In this document: positions 1-10,480 of the stretch, piece after piece
Numbering within the stretch: the first letter of the stretch is position 1
Layout of the letters: each line of letters begins with the position of its first letter
NCBI GenBank assembly: GCA_907165135.1
Contig: OU015568.1
Location: 2,790,001 to 2,854,000 of the forward strand
Reading direction: 5' to 3'
From: Oikopleura dioica
Lineage: Eukaryota; Animalia; Chordata
Length of the DNA stretch: 64,000 bases
Program-made: the position numbers and the translations under genes
The notes under the pieces: generated by a model
Told to the model about the DNA's origin: nothing
Database searches by the model: none
The model's input: only the letters and a program-made list of their open reading frames with translations

Positions 1-329
1 TTGAGCCACCAAGATTGACGTCTGAAAAGCTAGGATCGAAGTTTTTGAAGCCGGGATTGAAATAAGTGAAGCCGGGATTGACTGTGAAGAAGACAATAAA
101 AGAAAATAAAAATATAATATAATATATAAGAGAAAATAAAATCAATCAATTTAAACTAATTCACATCGCCGTTTGCCCAAGTCGCCGTTTGCCCAACTTG
201 GGGAAACGGAGACCATTCGGTCGTAGTTTCTAACTAGCTCCTAAAACTTGCGATTTAAAAATCCGAATTGATTCAGGGTCGTTTTTATTTTATTTTCTTA
301 TTTTGAAAAATAGGCTTGAGATTTAGCAG

Positions 330-606
330 TAGAAAAAATGTTCCCCGGGCTGCCCTCGGGAATATTTCGTGCGGGAACGCGGGCAAACCGCCCGTGCCCG
401 TTTATGCCCGCGGGAATCTTCTCATTCATGCCCGTGCCCGTATCTGCCCGCGGGAAAATTTGTTATAGTGCCCGTGCCCGCTTGGCTCGCGGGAAAATTC
501 GTTTTTGTGCCCGTGACCGTTTTTGCCCCCGGGAATCTTAAATATTCTGCCCGTGCCCGCCCGCCCGCCGCCCCCTTGCCCGGGAGCCGCAAAATTTCGA
601 ACTCTG
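330..606. mobile_element. GC-rich minisatellite-filled MITE-like element
   Basis: Units gcccgtgcccg-N5-gcccgcgggaa plus an AT-rich linker start at 390, 430, 470, 509 and 549 (period 39-40). The right end aatttcgaactctg (593-606) resembles the CAGAGTT..AAAT TIR of the element at 11761. The left TIR and TSD are not clear. Confidence 0.6.
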
Positions 607-1057
607 GGTCAATCAAGCCTAATATTCTAAGAGAAGTGATCGCTTCTTATTTTTCTTGACCTTTTGTCCCTCGCATTTGACCCCGTTAAAATTCGACGCA
701 ATTCGGTGCGCTTGACATTTGCTCTACTTCCCAGTCACTTCAGTCTCGTAACTTCTCATATTATTTCGCCCTGACATAACATTTTGCATATTTAATCGAC
801 AGTCTAGCCATGGAGCTCATCAAAAAACCGTTTTCCAATACAAAAAAATATGAAACTTTTGAGTCTTCTCGCCATCTCCTCGACCCAGGGCCAGCTTCTT
901 TCCCGAGAAGCGTGTCCTGAAATCCCAAAAATTGCTGATTTTGATGCTGAACGATACTCTGGTCAATGGTGAGTTGTACCGGGGTATTTTCTTTTACCGA
1001 AATTATTTTCGTAATCCGAAATGACATAGGCGGATTTCCTCCAAAAGCCGGAGAATT

Positions 1058-1872
1058 GGGTGGAAAAATATAAATTTAACGAAATTACAAAATCTTTTCT
1101 CTCTAAATATTTTCAAACTTTGACTAGACGTGTTAATAGAACAGGTCAAGTTTCATATTCTCCGAGGAAAAAATCTGAAATTGAAAAGTCCTAAAGCTGT
1201 CTAACGGCAATTGAAGTACATTTCTACTGACGGCTCTAGCGTAAAAAGTATTCGTTGGACCGGCTTATTTTTTGACGGAAATATATTCTTGAGCGTCTGA
1301 AGTAAGACGCCAGCTATTTTTATTTCGTTTTGATTACGCAAACCTTCTCTTATCAGCGATCAAAGTCAGACGAAAATCGTGATGAGACGGGGAGCGCGGC
1401 AGTGACAATGCGGCACGGTGACGCTGTGGCGCACCCTAGCCAGGCACGAATGAAAATCTCATTCAAGCGATCTCGTTTTGAGCAACAGGGTAGGGTGGGC
1501 AACAGCGCCACCACGCCGCTTAGTCACCGCCACGCTCATCGCCACAGCGAAATTCTCACCTAACTTTGATTGCTGATAAACCGATGAAAAATAATCAGAA
1601 TTGTCAGGAAAATAGCTGGCGCCCTAGTTCAGACTCTCGAGAAAATATTTCCGTCAAAAAATTGGAGTCCCTAATGGGTACTTTTTGCACAATCGCTGTC
1701 AGCAGAAATTTACTTCAATGTCCTCTAGACGGCAAAAATACTTTTCGATTTCGATATTTTTTCTCGGAGAATATAGAACTTGACCTACTCTATCACAACA
1801 TCCAGTCAGATTTTTAAAAAATTAACGTAGAAACGATTTTGTAATTTCGTTAAATTTATATTTTTTCCACCC
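1058..1872. repeat. About 815 bp imperfect palindrome (foldback/MITE-like)
   Basis: The arms pair along their whole length: gggtggaaaaatataaatttaacgaaattacaaaatc (1058-) with gattttgtaatttcgttaaatttatattttttccaccc (-1872), and ttttgacggaaata..cgccagctattt (about 1270-1320) with aaatagctggcg..tatttccgtcaaaa (about 1610-1660). The centre is near 1465. No clean TSD. Confidence 0.8.
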
Positions 1873-1972
1873 ATTAGAAATGATCCTTTATCCTCAAATA
1901 TCCACGTCATTGGGGGAATTCCGGAAAAGGTCATGTCCACTGTCAAAGCCCTACTAATCCGTCATGGTTAAG

Positions 1973-2581
1973 GTGGGAACAAGCTCGCTACCCGTATGCG
2001 TTCCAAAATCCTCTGGGCAGATGCGTCGGCGCCAAATATGGTGTAATTGATGAGTCGAAGATCAGCGTGCTCAACACGAACGTCATCCCAAAACCAGACG
2101 GATCCGGACTTTGGGAGATGCAATATGTAAACGCTTTTGGAACCATCGTCGATCCTGAGTTCCCAAACAAGGTACAATCATCTGCTCGACAAGGTGTTCT
2201 TTTTGTGAATCGACGTGTTGAGTGATTTTCATCCGCATCATAGATTATTACTTGTGCTTATATATTATTTTTCAGCTCAATATCAACTTCGACTACTTTG
2301 GCCCGAATGTCCGAGAACGAGGAACCAACTACTGGGTCATGGAAACCGACTACGACGAGTACACAATCGTCATGAACTGCGAAGGCCGAGATGATGGATT
2401 CACTGTCTCTTACGGCTGGCTCATGACTCGAGAAAAGGACATGCGAGTCCTCAACCCAAGACGATACGACGAGCTTCTTGAAAAGGCAAAGGGATACTCG
2501 ACTCTTTGGGCGCGACCTGAAGTCATCACTGCTGATAACACTGACTGTTCTTTTGACGAGGAATCTTATTGGCCAAACTAA
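1973..2581 (+). CDS. Lipocalin, apolipoprotein D-like (5' exon unresolved)
   Basis: Exon 1973-about 2169 reads WEQARYPYAFQNPLGRCVGAKYGVIDESKISVLN (lipocalin SCR1). After a GT-AG intron, the exon from 2276 reads NYWVMETDYDEYTIVMNC...YGWLMTR (SCR2/SCR3). A polyA signal follows the stop. Confidence 0.85.
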
Positions 2582-3802
2582 AGAGGCTTCTTGACCGTCA
2601 CATGTTCTGTAAATAAAATTTGACAACAGAGAAAAATTTTGATTTTATTATCATTTTCCAGAAAGTAAACCTGATTTTTCACTTCCAGACTGAGCATTTT
2701 CTGCACTCGATACTGTATCGCGCTGAAAATAAGATATAATGAGGACATAATTGCTCATAATCCTGGATCATAGTAAGCATGGATCTTAAAGCGGGTAATC
2801 AGCGATTTAACCCCACCCAAGGGAATCGGATAGCTCCGTGCTTAACCATTTTTTAATTGAGGTACTCCCTTACCGAGAAGCTTTCGTACTTGAATTTCTT
2901 CGTAAAGCAAACTTGTCGAACCACTAAAAATCATAATTTTTCATGAACTCGGTCATTTTTTCTCACTAAGATAAATCACCAAAGCCACTTAAAACTGGCT
3001 CTCTAATCAAATTAGAGTACGAAAAGCAGATCATTTTTCTAGAGCCAAAATCCTATCATTCCAAGGACGATCATAACGCCGGTTTTGTCGAATAAAGATT
3101 TCGGTTTTTCGCCAGCTCCATCTTCCCCAAAAAGATATGTTCTAAAGAAAAAAGCTAGAAAGAACGAAATTCGAGTCGATTTTGTTCACAAGAATTTCTG
3201 AAAAGTCTAAACTCCAAAAAAGTGCTTACCCATCATGAAAACTCTGCTCGTTCTCTCGTCGATACCGGATCATTATTCGATCAGAATGAGCTTGCTATTT
3301 CACATTTTCAGAGTATTATCGCCGTCCCCACGGGCGCGGTTTGTCAAATTAATGAAAATTGAACTACCGAACTATGTATTCCATTTTGCGGTTTCTTTAT
3401 TTTTTCACCCTACTCAGAAGAAAGGCATTAATCATCAATCAACACGGTTTGTTAGTATTACAGCTTAAAGCTTTATTCATGATCTGAGAAAAGACAGTTA
3501 CATTTCCCAACAAACATGATCGCCTCCGATTCCGAATGCATCATCCCTGACAGAAACTCCTTTGCACTTTTTCATCATCGTATATCGCAAGCTATAGGCA
3601 TTAGACATTGCAGCTTTAGAAGGATTTCCGGTCATCGTTTTAATTTCCTCGCTCCCTTTTTTACCGCTTATTCGTTGCGTTTTTTACGAGAACGTGAATT
3701 TAATTTTTATCTGTGTATTTTCTCGCCAAATTTGCTACTTTCTCCACTATCCACGGTTAAATTACGCTTATAGTATTACTGCTACGATTCTTCCCAAAAC
3801 CT

Positions 3803-4454
3803 TTATGTTGAAAATTGATGATGAAAGCAACGTGAAAAGGGAACTAAAATATGTATCCTTATCCCATTTCCTTGAGCGCAGCGAACCACAACTTCAATAA
3901 ACTCGCCATTTTTCTGACACCCGTCGCAATCGTGAATTTCATCCTTGCAAACTTCTCCCCTTTCCAATTTCTTTGAGCACAGATGCTTTGTCGATCTGTC
4001 TGGTAGACATTTCAATCCACGAGAGCGCTTAATGACTTCTTGCGGCTGTTTGGAGCCATGGGGCGGCTGAGATTCCAATCGACCGCGGCCTTGACCGAAT
4101 TTGGATTGTTTCTTTGGTTGAAAGTATTTTCTCTTGACAATGGATTTCGCTGAATAAATATAAAATTAGGAAAAATATTAGTTCTCAAAATGGAAATTTT
4201 ATTCAATATTTTTTAAATAAATTAAATGTTTGAATAAAAAAATATTTTTTCTTTTGGATTTTTATTAGAAAATAAAAAAAAAAATTTATTTTATTTTTAT
4301 CAAATGAACAATAAAATCTTTCCTTTTGAGGAGCTACCGTCGTCTTTATCCTCCTGTCTTCATCTTCAAGTCTGTCTATATTTTTCTTCCTTATCCACCA
4401 GCATCCATCAATTCGGGCAAAAAGAAAAATAAAACTCAACCCTGAAATTCTCAT
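3803..4454 (-). CDS. Hypothetical secreted Cys-containing protein
   Basis: A signal-like start MRISGLSFIFLFARIDG at 4454, an AT-rich intron, then a Cys-rich exon CLPDRSTKHLC...VCKDEIHDCDGC...VVRC. The splice phases could not be reconciled. Confidence 0.35.
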
Positions 4455-4724
4455 CCTCTGCCTATGAAACAAGCTGCGCAAAGAAAAGCACTGGTTCCCT
4501 TATTTGTTAAAAATAATCACGTCTTAGCCGGAAGGAATTTAAATTTCCGCATGATTCTTTTACGACATTTTGAGGAGAATTGAAAGCTGTGGGATCAAAA
4601 ATCTAAATCATCTTTTGACCGTCTGCGAAAAAAAATTTTAATTTTAGATTTTATTCGATGGAAAAAGACTATTCACGTAAAGGAAAAACTCAGTCTCAAA
4701 AATTCTTCTTTATTCCGAATTTCT

Positions 4725-5012
4725 TCATTTGACGCTGAGTTGTCGGTACATGCTTCTCCTCGTCAATTTTTTGTTAATTTTTTCAAGGGAAATATAAATT
4801 GCAGTGAGAATAAAAGAAATAACGATGATCTTCAGCAGGTCAATTTCATTTTCTCGAAGCCAGAGTTTTTGCTGCTCAATCCACTCAGGCCAGGAGGAGT
4901 CGTGGAGGAAAACAGTTGCTTTACTGTCATCTCCCGGATTATCAGAATTTCTTAAGGAGATAAAAGCATAAAGGATTAAGAATTATTCAACTTACATAAC
5001 CAGAAACAACAT
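4725..5012 (-). CDS. Hypothetical small single-pass membrane protein
   Basis: An open exon (about 4953-4725) reads DNPGDDSKATVFLHDSSWPEWIEQQKLWLRENEIDLLKIIVISFILTAIYISLEKINKKLTRR, i.e. a TM segment followed by a basic tail. An upstream gtaagt donor lies near 4995. The start is uncertain. Confidence 0.4.
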
Positions 5013-5593
5013 CCGCGACAAAAATCAAATATCACAAGAAATATTATTTTTCTTACGCCTTGTTTATAAAGCAAGAACAATCATTTTCTTTTTTTATAAT
5101 TCATGTGTAAACCACTTTACCGATTTTAGATTCAGCACTTTAAAAGGACAGATTTTCAATACTGTCTGCTGCAAAAACCAAAAAATGGACAAGAAGCCCG
5201 TTTTTCTGTCCACAAAAGGAACTCGTTCAGATAAAAATGGAGAATTATGTCAGCTCACTCGAGTAAGAAAAACATCTAAGGAACAAAATTTGTTACCAAC
5301 CTAGAATAATAAATTCAGAAATCTACAAGTGCTCGGCTTATTTGAACACGTCGAAAATCCGCAAAACTCTAAATTGCGAAAAGCAACAGTAACTCGTCGA
5401 AAATAAAGGATGAATCTGTGGTTCATGAAATTTTAAGCTGCGTGACCACTTAAAAGTCCAATCTTCTGCCGCATAAAGTGAAAAACAGGCGCAGAAAAGG
5501 TAAATAATTAAAAACGGGATGGTTGTGGAAAAGTATAAAATAGAATTGGATGTTTTTAATTTACCAGAAAAGGAAAATATCAATCGAAGAAAA

Positions 5594-5856
5594 ATGAGAT
5601 TTTCGAGCATTCTATTTATCGGACTTGCATTCGCTAGTTCCTTTCGAGATGCTCTTTTGTAAGTCAAAATTGGGAAGGAGGCTTAGGGCTATAATTCAGG
5701 AGTAATGCGATCGACGACGCTGCCAACCACGATCTACTGAAACGCAGCTTTGGTTTCCAATCGTACCGAAGCAGATACGATCAACTGATGGACAAACTCG
5801 CCTCGGCCGCAAATGACGAGAATTTGCTCGAAATTCTGGGCGGACTGAATAATTGA
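5594..5856 (+). CDS. Small secreted peptide precursor (signal peptide plus KR site), 2 exons
   Basis: Exons 5594-5658 and 5700-5856 are joined by a 41-nt gtaagt..ttcag intron in correct phase: MRFSSILFIGLAFASSFRDALLSNAIDDAANHDLLKRSFGFQSYRSRYDQLMDKLASAANDENLLEILGGLNN*. TATAAAA lies near 5534 and AATAAA at 5879. Confidence 0.8.
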
Positions 5857-6648
5857 ATTTTCAATATTTTTTTTCTTCAATAAAAAGGTCTTCTACTTTC
5901 CAATTTTTTAGAAACTAATCGAGTTAAATTGTCGGTAGCTTCACGTGTGCTCGAAATTGCGTTAAATCTGAAATAACGGTCGCTCTAAAAATCATTCACG
6001 TAAATTGCCGATTTCACGCAGAAAGCGCGTTCTTTGCTTCTAAAGGCGGTAGATCTGAAACAACAATTTCTTCTTTCCATTGACGACTTCTTCGAAGATT
6101 CAGCGGAATTGGTATTTTATTGGAGGGTTTTTAAAACAATTAACGATTGAAAAGTCGCACAAAGAATCTCAAATTAGATATTTCAAACGTCTTCGATAAC
6201 GGAGAACATAGATAGATTTGAGGCAATAATTTTTACAATTAATTTAATTATATAAATGATGAGATATGTCGTTCGAAAAAGGGCTATTTTCGAAGAATCT
6301 GAAATAAGCTTTTTTATCTGACATTATGAAAAATAATTGGCGATGGAGGATGATTATATCATAATCTTCTTTCGCTCTTCAAAGGGGGCATCTAAGAATG
6401 ATTGCTGGAGTGTCTGGGCGGTATAATATTTGGTATTGATTACGCGTTTTAGATCGCTAATTAATTTATCCAGGGATCACGTTTGAAGTGGTCAAAGGAT
6501 TTACCTTCACGACTCAAAAGCCTCTTACATCTCTTTTTTAACTACCATAGCTATCATCTGACGGATATGAGAACTTATATTTCTGAAAATTCATTTGAAG
6601 ATATCAGTTTTTCTTTTGGTTTATTTAGGGATGCGTCAGGATTTAAAT

Positions 6649-9600
6649 TTATGCTTCTGTGATTTTATTGCGATCGGACCGTTTCCAAAGGTCATTATCA
6701 AGAAGATATTGCTGTGTTCTTTCTAGTAGATTGATGAATTTATCTTCTCCTTTGTGGTATTCGATGGCCTTGTGGATTATCCTACTCCACGTTTCTCTGA
6801 AAAAATTGTCAGATGTTTTAATTGATGATTAAACCTCTCTGTTATCTCACAGAAATAGAAACACGTCCAAATGAGAATCGAGATTGCTTCATGATCATCT
6901 TTAAATTTGAAGTCCGGGCTTTGGTGGAATTCTTTGAATTGCTCTTCATTCATATCGAGCCAGATTTCGCTCAACTCTTCAAGTGTCGATCCTTTCAAAA
7001 CGATTTATTACTGCAGACGCGGGAAAGAACTTACTTTTTCTGATCATATATGCTGGTTCTCCAGGGGCATTTTGCCAGTGAGCGTTTTCGTCAGCGTTGA
7101 AAATCAGTTTGCCAAAATAATCGGATCTTTGTCGGCGCCAAGGCATGTTCAATTCAAGCCTTTTTTGGTTCAAAAGCACGAAAATAATCTTTTTTGATAA
7201 AAATCAAATAGAAAGACATTTCAGAACCGTCATTAATGCCATTACATTTTGGCTTCGGCTTCGGCCTGCCAAAACCTCCGAAAGAGAAGGACGGCTTTTC
7301 AGTAGGAGGCTTGTAACCGGTTGAAACTTGGTAATTGTGCATGAGCGCCAGTTGACGAACATCATTGGGATCTGCTGGGGGCGGTGGACCTCGACCATTT
7401 TGAATGAGTGCGCAGTGGGTGGCGTTGTTTTCGAGGAATGTTTCGGTCTAAAAATAATAATCGAAAAACGAAAGAAGGATTTTACATGAATGGCAAGTTG
7501 ACGTTGTCCTTGAAGATTGAGGCCGTTTGCTCCAAACCATCTGAGCTGCTGGAAATTATGAAGCTTTTTCGAGTTCTTGGGTCGCAAAAGAGATTCGGTT
7601 GGGAAGTCATGTGATGTTTCGATATTGCCTTCCCACGTGAGTTTAAGCCTGTATTTGGACAGATCTTGCTGGTGGTTTTCTTGAAAGATATTTTTCTAGA
7701 GAGGCATTTTTCAGTTGCTTTTACCTTGTTTAAAATGAAAGCTTATTCTGTCGTTGTCAATAACATCCGTTATTTGATTCCAATCTTCCTTCAAATAATT
7801 TTCAAAATAATCCTTGAGCTCATCTGAATCTCTTGGCAACTTCTTTTTGAAGCCTGAATAAACCCATTTTCTCAGTCGTTCATCATTCCATAGTTTCTTT
7901 AAATTCTGACCGGGGCCAGAGATGATTTCGATTTTGTCTTTTGAGTCGGATTTGTTAATGATCTCGGCGTTCGTGATTTTGAACTCGGAGTTGTTGATGT
8001 AATAAGGGATGACGGAGGCGATTTTTTCACGGAAGCGTTCTTTTTCTGTATTTGGTTTAATATTTTTTTAAGAATATCAGAAACCATAAGTAGTAGTCAT
8101 CTTGGTTGAAACTGATTTTTTAATTTAGGGAGTTATTCGATTTTATCAAGAAATTACACTTAGGGTGTTCCTTATTATAATGACCATATGGTACTGATTA
8201 AAAAATGACAAACCGAGCCTGAAAAATGCAAAACTTGACCATTGCCAGCTCTTGCCATCTCCCTAAAGCACTTGGAATCAACGATGATAGGTCCAACGAA
8301 AATAGGGTTGATTCTCAAATTCCCATTCGCCTCTTGCGTTTTCCGCCTGACGAGCTCCTCCAAGTTCTGTTTCCCTTCATCTTCTCCATCTTTCCAGCCA
8401 AATTGCTGATCCCCAATAACGAAAAAGATTCTTTCTGCCTCATGTTCCGAGTTTTTATCATTCGTCTGCTCTTCCAGGGTGCGCTCTAGAATCTCTCTGA
8501 TAAAAGGTCGACCAATGTTCGCGTCCATTGTTTTAACAGTTGCGTCGATTTCTTCATAATCTTTGACGGGTTGAAACCATTCAGATCCATTTTGAAGCTT
8601 TGGGATGAGATTCTCAGGGGTCCAGTTGTTTGTTTGGCCGTAAGTGATGATTCTCATGAAAGTTCTGCCGTCGTTAAGATTTGGGTCATTAATCAGTAGT
8701 CTTTTAAAGAATTGAACAATCTTCTAGCAGTGCGAAGTTTTTTATAGAAGCTTTGTGTTGATTGCCGCTATCTTTCTTATGAAAATATTCCAGTAGGATT
8801 TGATTATAAAAAGACTTTTGGTCCTCAAAAAAAAAAGGAAAATTTGTTCGATCCGTTCCTTAGTCCACCAATAATATTTCTAATGACATCGCCATGCAAA
8901 GACCCCGACCGAGAAACAATCAGCGTTACGAATCTCTTTCTCTTCGTTGATTTTTCAACTTTCATCTTCTTCAATAATTCTTTCGCTTGAATGTTCATGC
9001 TTAGTATCTTCCCATCTTCTTCATTCGCGCTGAAGTTTTCCACCCAGGAATCAGGTCCGAATGATTTTTGTGTTATTCTTATCGCCAATCTTGCGTTGTA
9101 AGTGCTCGGCGCTTCGCGAAGTCCGACTTTTGGATAGTCTTCGAGGTGAAATTTGAATTCGAAGTTGAAGTTTTTGCCCTCCATCATCTCGATCACGCAG
9201 TTTTTCATAATACAGTTATTGACATACGCATTTGCTTTGATTTCTACATCTTCTTTGCAGCAGATTTTTATGTCGTTTCGCTCATTTATATCTTCCTTCG
9301 TTCCAAAGAGATAAAAAGGGTGCACAAGTTGAAATTCTCCATTGATCATTTGTAATTGTTCGACAGTTTCTAAATGAATGACAATTCTTTCTGTCCCTTC
9401 CTTCATCGGCCCCATGACAAAATTAAAATTGTCGTTGTAGCAATCCGTCACGCCCATTGCTTCATGAATTCCGTCAATCATTCCTTCATTCAGCGCGTCC
9501 AGATAAGGTCTTGCTTCGTGAGTGTCCATTCGGTCTCTGATGCAATCTTTGACAACATGGAAGACTTTTTCATCTTTTATATACTCGGCGCGAAAGGAGA

Positions 9601-9882
9601 GAATATCAGTGCCGAAGTTTTTTGGGGAGGAGAAAATTGAACCATCGCCTTTTTTGGGTTATTTCTTGTCTCATTTCTAGTATTTACGAAAACTCACTCA
9701 AAGAGAGAAGAAAGAGCCCTAACCTTGTGGCGGCTTTGAATATGATTTCTTTGATGCCTGCTCTTCTGTAGGCCAAAATGTGAGCTCATAATAACAAAAG
9801 GCTTGCTTTCCCCGCAGCTCGATCCTTGGAAAATTCTCCTTTGCCAACAAAAAACAAAGAAAAACTTACCGAGATTTCGCAT
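6649..9882 (-). CDS. VWA5A/PARP4-like vWA-domain protein (multi-exon)
   Basis: Segments FVTLIVSRSGSL, FMRIITYG, MDANIGRPFIREIL, RIFFVIGD and INPIFVG..FREMARAGNGQVLHF follow the order of the vWA domain in VIT-vWA proteins. Further coding exons run to ...KITEA* at 6649-6651. The 5' end is approximate. Confidence 0.65.
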
Positions 9883-10480
9883 GCCTTAGTTCAAGGCTCG
9901 TTATATTCGCCCCCTTCGCATTGTATATGCTTGTGGGAACGAAATTGGATTCGATCACCATTTTTTTCTCTAAAAAATGAGCTGAACCACAGCTTTTTTC
10001 ACGCGCGCAAGGGAAAGTTTTACGAGAGCGCGCAAATATTGACCCTGTTATGAGTAGCGAGACTGTTTTCCCTTTTTACGGACATAAAAAGAGCCCCTCG
10101 AGCTAATTTCGACTCATAATTTGGGAATGATTTTTGAGATAAAATGAAGAGCAACAACCACCGCTACACGAAGCATGCGATCACAATAAAATAGTACAAG
10201 AAGATTAGATTCCCCTGCCGATTGCCTCAAAAATGCAAAAATGAGGACTAAAAATTGTCATTATCATTTGTTTATTTACAGCTTTGTTTATGAACAAAGC
10301 ATAATTTTTATCTTTGTTCATTTAGTTCTGATGAAGTGTGCGCATAATTATGGCGCTATCTTGTTTCCTCAACTGAAAATTTCAAATAAATCTGCCGATA
10401 TTTCGTGCAATCTGCGGATAAGCATGCATTTATTCCTCAAGAAATCGAGGAAACTAGCCACTTTCTGATCAAAGAACAAA

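Noticed and set aside
1-200. Short direct repeats (gaagccgggattga x2, cgccgtttgcccaa x2) and an A-rich tract suggesting a retroelement 3' end
   Set aside because: Truncated by the window edge, with no ORF or TSD to support it.
390-570. CRISPR array
   Set aside because: Eukaryotic context, no cas genes, variable parts only 5-13 nt, and the array lies inside a TIR-bearing element.
338-659. ORFs 338-541, 369-659 and 422-616
   Set aside because: They are translations of the GC-rich tandem repeat.
1330-1817. ORFs inside the 815-bp palindrome
   Set aside because: They lie in inverted-repeat arms and have no protein features.
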